Virus record (IMG/VR): IMGVR_UViG_3300037467_001195
Coordinates: 1-41,990 of that record
Strand: one strand, 5' to 3'
Origin: a virus
Taxonomy: Duplodnaviria > Caudoviricetes
Length of the DNA: 41,990 nt
Notes under the pieces: generated by a model
What the model was told of the DNA's origin: nothing
The model's input: the letters and a program-made list of their open reading frames with translations, nothing else
The model's database searches: none
Program-made: the position numbers and the translations under genes
Shown: piece after piece, positions 1 through 8,236 of the stretch
Numbering within the stretch: the stretch's first letter is position 1
Layout of the letters: every line of letters begins with the position of its first letter

Positions 1-152
1 CTCTTCAAAAGCTCTTGCCACCTTCTGGGCGGCGGATTGGAGATACCTGTCATAGCCTTGGACCGATACTCCGATCCGTTCGGCTGCGAGCTGCTTGGAG
101 ATGTTTCGCCCCCGCCTTTCCCGCTGGGGGTACTCGGCCAGGAGGACGAATT
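1..152. repeat. Terminal direct repeat, left copy (circular overlap with 41839-41990)
   Basis: 1-126 identical to 41839-41964; mismatches at 127, 141 and 151. Confidence 0.95.
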
Positions 153-387
153 GCTCAAGCTCGCTTAGTTGGGTGTCGTAGACCTTCTGCACCTTCTTGG
201 CGTGTCTTTCGTTCGGTCTGATCCTCGGGGCTTCTGGGGGATCGTCCGGGTTCCATTCAGGAGGTGAGCGATATTGGGACTCCAGGCTTCCACAATGGTT
301 AGGGGGAAGTGGATGGGGCCAAGGGCCGAGGAAGCACCAACGCATCCAGTTAACTAGCTCTTGGTGGATGGAGTCCGGGATGTTCAC
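1..387 (-). CDS. Putative Q-like late antiterminator, 132 aa, continuing across the circular junction to stop at 41827-41829
   Basis: Manual translation from GTG at 387: MNIPDSIHQELVNWMRWCF...ISKQLAAERIGVSVQGYDRYLQSA. C-terminal HTH-like segment; lies between nin genes and terminase. Confidence 0.55.
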   Translation of the reverse strand, partial: MNIPDSIHQELVNWMRWCFLGPWPHPLPPNHCGSLESQYRSPPEWNPDDPPEAPRIRPNERHAKKVQKVYDTQLSELEQFVLLAEYPQRERRGRNISKQLAAERIGVSVQGYDRYLQSAAQKVARAFEE

Positions 388-390
388 GGC

Positions 391-669
391 TTAGGCGGGG
401 AAAAGCTCGTTGAGGACCTTTTGATATTGCTTCTTGCGGCGCTCCAGCAATGCCACCTTGTCCAGCTTGTCGAGGATTGACGGGAAGCTGATGTCTTCCT
501 TCGAGCACGCTTCCTGAATGTCAGCTTCGAGGCGCACCAGCTCGTCATCGAGCTTTGCCATTTCCAATTCAGCTTGCGAGCGGACCTTGCGGGCGCGGAT
601 CGGGGCGAGAGCTTCGGACAGCTTCTCTTTGGACATCGCAATGATTTCGGCAAACGGTTTGAGCTTCAT
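391..669 (-). CDS. Hypothetical coiled-coil protein
   Basis: 92-aa ORF coupled to upstream gene by ATGA overlap. Confidence 0.75.
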   Translation of the reverse strand: MKLKPFAEIIAMSKEKLSEALAPIRARKVRSQAELEMAKLDDELVRLEADIQEACSKEDISFPSILDKLDKVALLERRKKQYQKVLNELFPA

Positions 670-923
670 TCGTCATCTCCAAGAAGTAAGAGGGTGGCTT
701 CGGATTGGGTCGCAATAGAGACGCGCGGCGTTGCGACGACCTGCATCTGTGCTTGTGGGCTTTGGTTGTATCCTTGATATTGGTTTAACAAAGACCCGCG
801 GTCGCTAGCGCCAAGAAGGCCTCTCTGCTGCACAGCTAGTTGCTGCATGGCCGCGTGGTGTTGCCGCATCTGCATCAACGTCAGTTCGCTTTCATAGTCG
901 GTCACTCGCTCTCTCCACTTCAA
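666..923 (-). CDS. Hypothetical Gln-rich protein
   Basis: ORF track; fits operon; start uncertain. Confidence 0.55.
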   Translation of the reverse strand: MKWRERVTDYESELTLMQMRQHHAAMQQLAVQQRGLLGASDRGSLLNQYQGYNQSPQAQMQVVATPRVSIATQSEATLLLLGDDE

Positions 924-947
924 TCACCTAGAACGGCTAGGCTCCGA

Positions 948-1118
948 TCATTTCCAGAATTTCCACCACGGCGGCTTTAAAAACTCACCTTCCGGCACGC
1001 GAATTACCGCCCCTGACCTAAACATCTCCCTCCGGAGAAGCTCTTGAAAAGCCGCTTCTCTGAGTTTCTCGATGCGAAGCGATTCGCGCTCGCGGATTCG
1101 ATCAATGATCTTTCCCAT
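948..1118 (-). CDS. Small hypothetical protein (56 aa) ending KPPWWKFWK
   Basis: Manual translation MGKIIDRIRERESLRIEKLREAAFQELL...; fills operon gap. Confidence 0.6.
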   Translation of the reverse strand: MGKIIDRIRERESLRIEKLREAAFQELLRREMFRSGAVIRVPEGEFLKPPWWKFWK

Positions 1119-1307
1119 TCAGCACGCACCCTTGCAAGCCATCACAGTCGCAGCCCATGCCCGATCAGCATCGAATGCCGTTTCACTCCAGACTTCAGCG
1201 GGAAGCTCGGGATGGATCTCAGGCTTGGGCGCGGGCTCCATGTAATCGATTCCGTCCTCATCGACGTATTCAACGCATAGGCCGTTTTGGAAGAAGGAAA
1301 TCATCAT
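1119..1307 (-). CDS. Hypothetical protein
   Basis: MMISFFQNGLCVEY...; ATGA overlap with upstream gene. Confidence 0.6.
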   Translation of the reverse strand: MMISFFQNGLCVEYVDEDGIDYMEPAPKPEIHPELPAEVWSETAFDADRAWAATVMACKGAC

Positions 1308-1819
1308 TTGCCCCCGATCAATGCGCCGAATGGGTTGGTGAGGTCGGGCCAGTACCGCCCCGTCCTGATCTTCCAAACCATCGATGGGTGAACGTCGTAT
1401 TCGGCCGCGACGATGCTCTTGCCCCGCGTGTCGTTTCTGATCGCAGCGGCGATTTCCTCATTGAGCTTGATGGGGTTGGCCCTGCGCCACTTCATGATTC
1501 CGTTGCGGTGGCGAATAGCGGCTTCTCCTTCGTGCGCCCTCTTCGCCATCTTTTTCATGTGGGCTACCGGAGTGCGCTGGATGATGTGGGCCGGAAGGAC
1601 ACAACCAGGTGTGCCGCAGGAGCATGCGAAGAACTTGCCCCGAATCTCTCTTCCCTCAAGCGCGCAAAGCAGCTTGCGCACGCCAACCATCTTCCCGTCT
1701 TGATGGACGAGCGGAGTCTTGCCGGGGCCGCAGTAATCGCCCCATACCATGCACTCGCCGTCCTCGATGCATCGGGCTAACAGGGATTCGATGGTGTGAA
1801 CCGTCTTAGGCTTGCTCAT
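1304..1819 (-). CDS. Hypothetical protein, degenerate HNH-like N-terminus and HTH-like C-terminus
   Basis: CMVW...CSCGTPGCVLPAHI pattern; C-terminal IVAAEYDVHPSMVWKIRTG. Confidence 0.6.
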   Translation of the reverse strand: MSKPKTVHTIESLLARCIEDGECMVWGDYCGPGKTPLVHQDGKMVGVRKLLCALEGREIRGKFFACSCGTPGCVLPAHIIQRTPVAHMKKMAKRAHEGEAAIRHRNGIMKWRRANPIKLNEEIAAAIRNDTRGKSIVAAEYDVHPSMVWKIRTGRYWPDLTNPFGALIGGK

Positions 1820-2408
1820 GCTTCGCTTTCAATTCCTTCGTCTTTTTCCTGTAGGTGTCGCGAATGGAGATCAGTTCTTCGCGGGTCCATTTGTGCGGCG
1901 TGTTGTCCGCTTCAATCTCGGCCCATCGTTGGGCACCAATGCGAGAAATTGCACCTGCGGCCTTCTGATGTGGTTTGGCTCCGTAAGGCGCATTGCAGCC
2001 CTCGCACTCTCCAAAACAGTTGTCTTCGGTAAAACGTAAATGTCCCGCAGCGCCACGACTTCTCGCATGACCGGCGTGGATCGCGCGCCCTTTGACATCT
2101 TGGATGAATGGCCGTCTGCAAACGAAACAACCCTTGTCCCTATCGCGTAGGCGGATGTAGGCATTAAATGATTCCTGCGCCTCCGCGATCAGCTCCGGAA
2201 TCGTCTTCAGCGCCTCCCGTCGCGCTCGAATCGAGCGCGACTCCTGCGCCTTTAGCTGCTTGGCCTTCGCCGCCTGCCGTCTTGCCTGTCTTGCCGCGAA
2301 TGATTCGGCGTATGGACCGATACAGTCGGGATGCAAGCGCAAGCCTCTCTCTTTCTCTTCGGGAGAGAATTTCACGCGACAGAATTTGCAGCGCGATCCG
2401 GGCAGCAT
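1806..2408 (-). CDS. ninG: NinG/Rap-family recombination endonuclease
   Basis: AQESFNAYIRLRD..GCFVC, HAGHARSRGAAGHLRFTEDNCFGECEGCN. Confidence 0.88.
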   Translation of the reverse strand: MLPGSRCKFCRVKFSPEEKERGLRLHPDCIGPYAESFAARQARRQAAKAKQLKAQESRSIRARREALKTIPELIAEAQESFNAYIRLRDRDKGCFVCRRPFIQDVKGRAIHAGHARSRGAAGHLRFTEDNCFGECEGCNAPYGAKPHQKAAGAISRIGAQRWAEIEADNTPHKWTREELISIRDTYRKKTKELKAKHEQA

Positions 2409-2522
2409 TCACCGCTGTCCAACGTATAGCGGAATGAATCCAAAAAGGAACCAGCCCTCCCAATGGCTAACGATGTTTGGACGGCACTTATCCTTCTTTT
2501 GCCAATATCTATAGACAATCAT
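2409..2522 (-). CDS. Small hypothetical protein (37 aa)
   Basis: Manual translation MIVYRYWQKK...WEGWFLFGFIPLYVGQR; exactly fills the ninB-ninG gap. Confidence 0.55.
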   Translation of the reverse strand: MIVYRYWQKKDKCRPNIVSHWEGWFLFGFIPLYVGQR

Positions 2523-2947
2523 GTCTGCTCCTTGAAAGTGACGCCACGCTCAGCGCCGAAGGCTTCGATCAGTTCCATCAAGTCGCCCAGCTCGCGCTTG
2601 GTCATCTTCGATGTCGATAGGCCCAACGCCACGAATCCCGTTCCCTCGATGTTCGGAACCACATCCAGCTTGCGCAGGCTCGCTGTGAAGACGTGTTTCC
2701 AATCCTCGGGCGTTAGCCTCTTGCCGTACCACTCGACCTGCTGCGATACGTCGGTGAGCATTGCCCACATGCGCGCGTTCTGCTCGCTCGATCGCGTCTC
2801 GGGCCGGATCTCCAGCACATATCGAACCTGCGCCCCGTCCGCTGCTGCGTAGAGGAACTTGGGTTTGAGCCATTCCTTCCATGCCGAAGTGATGGCTGCA
2901 AAAGCCTGGGTTGGCTCCCATAGGCGAAGGGTCAGGCGCTCGTTCAC
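2519..2947 (-). CDS. ninB: NinB/Orf-family recombination protein
   Basis: RSSEQNARMWAMLTDVSQQVEWYG..LTPEDWK, GLSTSKMTKRELGDLMELIEAFGAERGV. Confidence 0.9.
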   Translation of the reverse strand: MNERLTLRLWEPTQAFAAITSAWKEWLKPKFLYAAADGAQVRYVLEIRPETRSSEQNARMWAMLTDVSQQVEWYGKRLTPEDWKHVFTASLRKLDVVPNIEGTGFVALGLSTSKMTKRELGDLMELIEAFGAERGVTFKEQT

Positions 2948-3141
2948 TCTTGCTCCCACGGCTGCGGCGGCATCTTCACGAGCTTGCACGTCACGTCCCC
3001 TGTCTTTCCGTTGACGGCCATCAGGTTCCACACCTTGTCCGCAACAGGACTGCAAAGGTCCAAGGACTCTTTCAATGGCTCCTTGGTCTTAATCACCGTG
3101 GTAAGCACGTAGAGGTGTTCCATTGCGGCTCCTTTGCCCAG

Positions 3142-3351
3142 TTAGGCTTTCGGTTGGTCTGGTTGGGCCGCTTTGTCATTCGCAAGCCCGTCCATCTTCT
3201 GCACCAGCAATGTCGGCATGTCGCCATAAAACTCGGGGTGCATCCGAGCTAAATCGTTCGCCCGATACCATGCGTGTGCCTTTGCGCCTGGCATCCGCGC
3301 CATCCGCACGAGGTGGTCGAGCAGCGCGCGCTTTTCCGCTTCGAAGTCCAT
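3142..3351 (-). CDS. Hypothetical protein
   Basis: 69-aa ORF; overlaps the tail of 3176-3565. Confidence 0.5.
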   Translation of the reverse strand: MDFEAEKRALLDHLVRMARMPGAKAHAWYRANDLARMHPEFYGDMPTLLVQKMDGLANDKAAQPDQPKA

Positions 3352-3565
3352 CGAGCAACTTCCATTTGCCGTTGATGTGATCGGCCACGCGCGCCTTGCG
3401 CATGTGGCGCAGCACCGCCTCGCACTCTTCGGCGCTCCAATCGGTAATTTCTCGGAACTGGCCGTAGGTCAAGGGGCCGAGCCGCAAGAGACGCTCGCCG
3501 TAGTACGCCTTGGCGATCACCACTTCGCGCGGCACGTTGACGCCTAGCGGCGGAAAGCGCTGCAT
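3176..3565 (-). CDS. Hypothetical protein, possible winged helix
   Basis: Start overlaps rep stop (TGATG); C-terminal part overlaps next ORF and may be spurious. Confidence 0.5.
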   Translation of the reverse strand: MQRFPPLGVNVPREVVIAKAYYGERLLRLGPLTYGQFREITDWSAEECEAVLRHMRKARVADHINGKWKLLDGLRSGKARAARPPRADGADARRKGTRMVSGERFSSDAPRVLWRHADIAGAEDGRACE

Positions 3566-4296
3566 CAGTGCGCCCCCTGCTGGTGAGCGGCCATCACGCG
3601 GGCCTTGTACGTCTGCCAGTTGGCAGTGATCCCGCCGTCCCACGGACTGATGCCAAGTTCCGCCGCGCGCTTTTCAACGCCGGATTTCGTTTCGTGCCAC
3701 TCACCAGGATCTTCGGCAACCTCGATTCGCGTCGAGTTCTCCCATCCGCGCGAGTTCAGCCAGCTCGCCGGATATGGGATGTACCGGCCGTTCTCCTTTA
3801 CCCAGTCTTCGGACTTTCGCTGCTCAGCTAATGCCCGGAGCAAAACCTCGATGGGCACCTTGACCTTTGCAAACGCTTTTTCCGCGTCGGCAGGCGACTT
3901 CTTCTTCGGGTAGGCGTCGTAAAAGGTTTTGAAGTCGCGCGCACGCTTCTCTGTCTCTTCTCTTCTCTGTCTCTTCTCTGTCTCTGGTGCATCATTCTGA
4001 TTTCGCTCTGATATCGAGTCGATATCGTCTTGAATCAGCCAATGAGACAGCTTTTTCAGAACACCAAGAACCTCGGCTTCGGAGGTGCGGAGCCGAAACG
4101 CAAGCGTCTCGACTGCTGGCAGCTCTCCTTCGTTTTCACTGGCGATCAGCCACAGCATCACCAAGGACTTCGCAGCGCGGGGCTCCAACTGGTGCCACTC
4201 GATATCATCGAGAAGGTCACGGTAGAGCTTCACCCACGGCGGGCGACGATCCTTGAAGTGCTGGAACTTGGCCCAGTTCTTGATGCGCAATGTCAC
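3565..4296 (-). CDS. Phage replication initiator (O-like)
   Basis: IKNWAKFQHFKDRRPPWVKLY N-terminus; FYDAYPKK...YIPYPASWLN C-terminal domain; GTG at 4296 has GGAG RBS; downstream of CII. Confidence 0.8.
   Translation of the reverse strand: MTLRIKNWAKFQHFKDRRPPWVKLYRDLLDDIEWHQLEPRAAKSLVMLWLIASENEGELPAVETLAFRLRTSEAEVLGVLKKLSHWLIQDDIDSISERNQNDAPETEKRQRREETEKRARDFKTFYDAYPKKKSPADAEKAFAKVKVPIEVLLRALAEQRKSEDWVKENGRYIPYPASWLNSRGWENSTRIEVAEDPGEWHETKSGVEKRAAELGISPWDGGITANWQTYKARVMAAHQQGAH
3946..3985. repeat. Three CTTCTCTGTCTCT repeats inside the initiator gene, possible origin element
   Basis: Copies at 3946, 3962 and 3973; lambdoid origins lie within the initiator gene. Confidence 0.5.
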
Positions 4297-4395
4297 TACG
4301 ATTACTCCACCCCTACGCGGACCATCAATACCGTCCGACAAGACGCCGAACCGAAGGCGCGCAAAGTGGGATACGTGGGGGATTGCATGGCGTTC

Positions 4396-4728
4396 CTACT
4401 GCACCAATGACCAACGCCTAGCGCCTGCCGTGCCGTTCCCCTTCACGCGCAATCCGTACTCGACGCAGCGGATGCGGTGCCGGCGAGAAAGCGATGAGAA
4501 GACAGACCCATAGGCTCGGTCTTCATGCGGTGTGAGGTCTGCGCGGGCGGTTGCCTTTGCACCGTCCACAATCGCCTCCGACCAGCTCGGGCCGTATTCG
4601 GCCAGCCAGTGCAGCACGAATGCGCGCGCAGCGTCTGTCGAAAAGCCGAGCGATTCGGCCTTGTCGGCGGAGCGCTGCATTCCCTGCTCTCCTGCGGCAA
4701 TGGCGTCCTCGATGGTCAGTTGCGTCAT
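4396..4728 (-). CDS. Hypothetical protein
   Basis: MTQLTIEDAIAAGEQGM...; ATGA overlap with CII-like gene. Confidence 0.7.
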   Translation of the reverse strand: MTQLTIEDAIAAGEQGMQRSADKAESLGFSTDAARAFVLHWLAEYGPSWSEAIVDGAKATARADLTPHEDRAYGSVFSSLSRRHRIRCVEYGLRVKGNGTAGARRWSLVQ

Positions 4729-5093
4729 ACGAGCCCTGCTTTCTTCATCGCGGGGACCATCTGCCGAAGCATCGGCAGCAGCGTTGCAAGTTCGTCCTGC
4801 GCCGTGCTCGCGCGCAGGAACTTGTCGATGAGGTAGTGAATGGGCGTGGTGTCGCCCGTCTTCTCGATGTAGCGCTCCAGCGAGTCCACCGAAAAGTGAC
4901 GCGATGGATCTGAGGAAAGCTGCACCGACAGATTGCCCGGAGCGACGTCCAGGTCGATGGCCGTGTTGCCTAGACCGTTGCGATACACGCCTGCGGCCAC
5001 ACACTCGCGAAGGCACGTATAGCGCTCCGCAAGACCCGGCTCGAAGGAAAGCGTGAGCTGCCCTTCGGTCTCCTTGATAACTGGTGAGCGCAT
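4725..5093 (-). CDS. CII-like regulatory protein
   Basis: Between cro and rep; HTH-like TAIDLDVAPGNLSVQLS. Confidence 0.7.
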   Translation of the reverse strand: MRSPVIKETEGQLTLSFEPGLAERYTCLRECVAAGVYRNGLGNTAIDLDVAPGNLSVQLSSDPSRHFSVDSLERYIEKTGDTTPIHYLIDKFLRASTAQDELATLLPMLRQMVPAMKKAGLV

Positions 5094-5232
5094 TTGTTAT
5101 CGCCTCGCATCAGTGCTTATCAATGCGGCCGAAAAAAATGGGCGCATGAGCAAACGTGAATGGATCAGCGCTTTCGATGCAGCGCTTGCAGCTTTGGATT
5201 CGGATCAGGCTGTGGCGGGGCTGCATGCCGCC

Positions 5233-5264
5233 GAAAGAAAAATGCCCGGCCCGAAGGCCGAGCA
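5233..5264 (-). terminator. Intrinsic terminator after cro (tR1-like)
   Basis: Minus strand TGCTCGGCC-TTCG-GGCCGGGCA followed by TTTTTCTTT. Confidence 0.75.
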
Positions 5265-5319
5265 AAGCTGCGCCCTGGCAACTGCCGTCGAAACAGTGGG
5301 AGGGGCGCAGTGGAGACAT

Positions 5320-5538
5320 CTAGGCGCGGCCTCGACGAGAGTCGTTAGCGGCGAGCGCGTCGGCGAGAGCGCGGAGCTTCCCGATGCGGGGCTCTAAGAT
5401 GTGGCCCAGCCGGAATTTCTCGATGGTCGAGGGGCTGAGGTCTGCCTTGAGAGCGATTGCGCGGGCTTCCTTGCGCGAGAGCTCGCGTAACTTGGCCCTC
5501 AGCGATTCAACGTCCAGAGGGGCTTGGAGGGCTTGCAT
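5320..5538 (-). CDS. cro: Cro-like HTH regulator
   Basis: IALKADLSPSTIEKFRLG HTH; divergent from repressor. Confidence 0.8.
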   Translation of the reverse strand: MQALQAPLDVESLRAKLRELSRKEARAIALKADLSPSTIEKFRLGHILEPRIGKLRALADALAANDSRRGRA

Positions 5539-5545
5539 ACCCTCC

Positions 5546-5573
5546 ATCGTATCCGTTTATGGATAGAATGCAA
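5546..5573 (-). promoter_or_regulatory. pR-like promoter
   Basis: TTGCAT-16 bp-TACGAT with an operator in the spacer; cro ATG lies 7 nt past the -10 (possibly leaderless). Confidence 0.6.
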
Positions 5574-5634
5574 GCGCCATCCTATCCGTACTTGGACAGG
5601 GTTTTCCCTCAGACTCCCTATCCAGATATGGAGA
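5550..5634. promoter_or_regulatory. Three OR-like operators TATCC-N6-GGANA (5550-5565, 5583-5598, 5619-5634)
   Basis: TATCCGTTTATGGATA, TATCCGTACTTGGACA, TATCCAGATATGGAGA; the third overlaps the repressor start codon. Confidence 0.85.
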
Positions 5635-5963
5635 AGGGGAAGACCACCAGCTCGGCGGCTCAGGTTCTCGCGCGGAACCTTGATAGGTTAATGCACGCCC
5701 ATCCTGATCTTGACAGCAACCCAAAGTTAGCTAAGAAATCTAAGGTAGGCATCGCCACGATTTCACGAGTGCGCAACGCCGAGACCGAAGCCACGCTAGA
5801 CACCATTGAGAAGCTAGCGAAGGCTTTTGGCGTAATTTCTTGGCAGCTCCTGGTTCCCGAAATTGACCCCGGCAACTTGCCGGCGCTCCAGCCGACTACC
5901 GAACCTGAGCGCAAGCTTTATGAACGGCTGCGCCAGCTCGCGAGTGAACTCAAGGAGGTGTGA
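5628..5963 (+). CDS. cI: CI-like XRE repressor, 111 aa, no S24 autoprotease domain
   Basis: LAKKSKVGIATISRVRNAETEATLDTIEKLAKAFGV; divergent from cro; start uncertain. Confidence 0.8.
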   Translation: MEKGKTTSSAAQVLARNLDRLMHAHPDLDSNPKLAKKSKVGIATISRVRNAETEATLDTIEKLAKAFGVISWQLLVPEIDPGNLPALQPTTEPERKLYERLRQLASELKEV

Positions 5964-6235
5964 TGAAAGTTATCTTTTTTGCTCTCGCCGCGCTTGTTTT
6001 CTCCGGGCAGTCCGAAGCCGCGTGCGTCTGCCAGTGTGTCAACGGCCAGATGCGCCCACTATGCTCCAGCAGCCTCGATCTGCCGCCGATCTGTCCGCTG
6101 CAACTCTGCCCGATGGTCCCACCCGCTCTCGCGCCGCTGCCGCCCATGCAGTTACCGCCGTTGGGGACGAGCAACTGCCGCAACGTGCAGGTTTGGAACG
6201 GCTATCAGTACGTTTGGCGCGTGATCTGCTCGTAG
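5960..6235 (+). CDS. Secreted Cys/Pro-rich protein co-transcribed with cI
   Basis: Signal-peptide-like MKVIFFALAALVFSGQSEA, 8 Cys, start overlaps cI stop. Confidence 0.75.
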   Translation: MMKVIFFALAALVFSGQSEAACVCQCVNGQMRPLCSSSLDLPPICPLQLCPMVPPALAPLPPMQLPPLGTSNCRNVQVWNGYQYVWRVICS

Positions 6236-6244
6236 CAGAAATCC

Positions 6245-6565
6245 ACCAAAAGGCTCCCCCTACCCCGTAGCCGAGGTTTGGGAGAGGATTCCACCCCGCT
6301 TCATGCGGACCAGCATGTCAGGTCTGCCCTGACCCCCGGGCGTGCTGGTTAGGCGAGCCCCACGGATTCTTTCGGATCTGCCCCGGGCGGCCCAACTTCG
6401 GCCCCTTACCGTGTCGCGGTTTCCCGGGTGCGGCCCCACTTGCGGCCCATCAGCTAACGCGCCCTGACGGCCATCAAAGCGCAAGCCCTCAGGGCCTGTC
6501 GCTCCGTGATCGCACCACGTTGCCCACTGAAGGGCTGAACGACAGAGCCTGAGGGCTCGCCGCGC
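6245..6565. ncRNA. Candidate structured non-coding element, family unknown
   Basis: Dense inverted repeats, e.g. AGCCCTCAGG 6484-6493 / CCTGAGGGCT 6548-6557, CCAGCA/TGCTGG, GTCAGG/CCTGAC; no convincing ORF. Confidence 0.55.
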
Positions 6566-6659
6566 ATTCTGCCGTAGGTGCGATCTATGGCAATGCTGAG
6601 CTTACATCCAGCCTGTCTGCATGTCCAGCCTTTTGTTCGGGTTTTTCCTTAGCCCTGCC

Positions 6660-6701
6660 TATCCATTTGCGGATTGACTTCTGTCCATTTATGGATATGA
6701 T
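6660..6701 (+). promoter_or_regulatory. pL-like promoter with two operators (6660-6675, 6682-6697)
   Basis: TTGACT-16 bp-TATGAT; TATCCATTTGCGGATT and TGTCCATTTATGGATA match the OR motif. Confidence 0.85.
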
Positions 6702-6743
6702 CTCTCCACACCGCCCGAACAGGGGCCACTACTTGGAGAGGTA

Positions 6744-7085
6744 ATGTCACAACAGCAGAAACAGGCCAGCGATGCTCATTTGGCCGCGCCCCATAGCACG
6801 GTCGCTTCGCGGTCCTCAGAGGAAGCATCGCTCCCAGTAGCAGGAGCCGTGTCCACGGAGCTGGAACGATCCCGCGCGGACCACCTCGCGTGGTGCAAGA
6901 AGCGCGCGCTGGAGTACGTGGATCACGGTGATGTTCAAGGCGCGTTTGCTTCGATGGCGAGCGACCTTAACAAGCATCCGAAAACCGCAGGCCACGTAGG
7001 AATCGAAATGGGCCTGATGCAGCTCATGTTCGGAATGCTTTCGAGCCCTTACGAAATGCGCCGCTTCATCGAGGGCTTTAACTGA
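6744..7085 (+). CDS. Hypothetical protein, first gene of early-left operon
   Basis: GGAGAGG RBS; C-terminal RADHLAWCKKRALEY domain. Confidence 0.75.
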   Translation: MSQQQKQASDAHLAAPHSTVASRSSEEASLPVAGAVSTELERSRADHLAWCKKRALEYVDHGDVQGAFASMASDLNKHPKTAGHVGIEMGLMQLMFGMLSSPYEMRRFIEGFN

Positions 7086-7378
7086 TGACCTCCCCCATAG
7101 ACAAACTACCCGTGCAAGCGATGAGAGCTCGATTCGCAAAGTTTGGCCGCTGGCTTCTTTGTACCGCGATTCTGAGCCTCGGCGGTGTTGCTGCCGCCGC
7201 CTGCATCCCGCTTGCCTTCGGAGCCTCATTGAGTGAGCTCGTCCACGCATCGCACGGGCTAGTCGGCTTCGTTTTCGGCTTTGCCTTTTGCGCCGGAGCC
7301 AGCATCACATCACTAATCGGCTGGCTGTTTACGGGCAAGAGCCTGCTTGACGTTGTGATGGGGTTGGACGAGCTATGA
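7085..7378 (+). CDS. Hypothetical membrane protein
   Basis: Two hydrophobic stretches; TGATG coupling. Confidence 0.65.
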   Translation: MTSPIDKLPVQAMRARFAKFGRWLLCTAILSLGGVAAAACIPLAFGASLSELVHASHGLVGFVFGFAFCAGASITSLIGWLFTGKSLLDVVMGLDEL

Positions 7379-7563
7379 GCAAGAAGCAAGCAATCCAAGT
7401 CACGCGCATCCCGACTGTGAGCGGCTATCTCGACCTGTACGAAGACGGTCCAAACGTCGTCTTCAGCGATGGATTGAATGAGCTGATAACTCTCGACATC
7501 GAAGAAGTGCAGCTCCTGGCCGATGCGATCAATGCCGCCGTAGAGAGGATGAAGACGAAATGA
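7375..7563 (+). CDS. Hypothetical protein
   Basis: ATGA overlaps at both ends. Confidence 0.7.
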   Translation: MSKKQAIQVTRIPTVSGYLDLYEDGPNVVFSDGLNELITLDIEEVQLLADAINAAVERMKTK

Positions 7564-7877
7564 GTCCTGCCGCAATTCTCGAATCAGCTCTGGAGCGTAT
7601 TTCCAGAACAGACGTACTAGCTCCGAGATTCACGGTTCGCGAGATAGACGAGCACTACGCCGTGATCCACGACGCAGAGGATGGAAGCGACACAACGAGC
7701 ATGCACATCCCATCGGCAAAACATCTTTGCATGCAGTGGGAGCGGCAGTTTCGCGCCGAGCAAATGGATGCAGCGATGCACGAAGACAAGCTCGTGAACG
7801 GCTACGACAGCCGCCGCATCGAAGCTGGCGCAAAGAAGGAGCGCGATAACGTGCTGTTTGGGGGTGGAAGCAAGTGA
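7560..7877 (+). CDS. Hypothetical protein
   Basis: Coupled ORF. Confidence 0.7.
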   Translation: MSPAAILESALERISRTDVLAPRFTVREIDEHYAVIHDAEDGSDTTSMHIPSAKHLCMQWERQFRAEQMDAAMHEDKLVNGYDSRRIEAGAKKERDNVLFGGGSK

Positions 7878-8236
7878 GCGAAGACCGCAAATTGCTGGAG
7901 CTGGCTGCTAAGGCGGCGGGGATGAATGTTTTGCCGCAGGACGAGCAGTGGCCGCGCGATGCGGTGGGTTGGTTCTTCACGGCGCGTCAAGGCGACAACA
8001 CGCTCTATTCAAATGAGCGCCCCGCAACGTGGAACCCTCTCACTGAGGATGGCGATGCGCTTCGTCTGGCGGTGAAGTTGCGACTGCATGTTGACCACGC
8101 CACACAAGATGTAGCGGTGTGGGTCATCGACGGGACCGGAGCGCGAGACTTCGAAGAACGTAACGACTCCGACCCCTACGCTGCCACTCGTCGCGCAATC
8201 GTTCGCGCTGCGGCTGCTATCGGAGAAGCGAAATGA
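7874..8236 (+). CDS. Hypothetical phage protein
   Basis: RKLLELAAKAAG..WNPLTEDGDALRLAVKL..ATRRAIVRAAAAIG, a common phage early-protein pattern. Confidence 0.8.
   Translation: MSEDRKLLELAAKAAGMNVLPQDEQWPRDAVGWFFTARQGDNTLYSNERPATWNPLTEDGDALRLAVKLRLHVDHATQDVAVWVIDGTGARDFEERNDSDPYAATRRAIVRAAAAIGEAK

Noticed and set aside
5053-5397. + strand ORF antisense to cro
   Set aside because: Crosses a terminator hairpin and the cro gene; no RBS or motif, so not supportable as coding.
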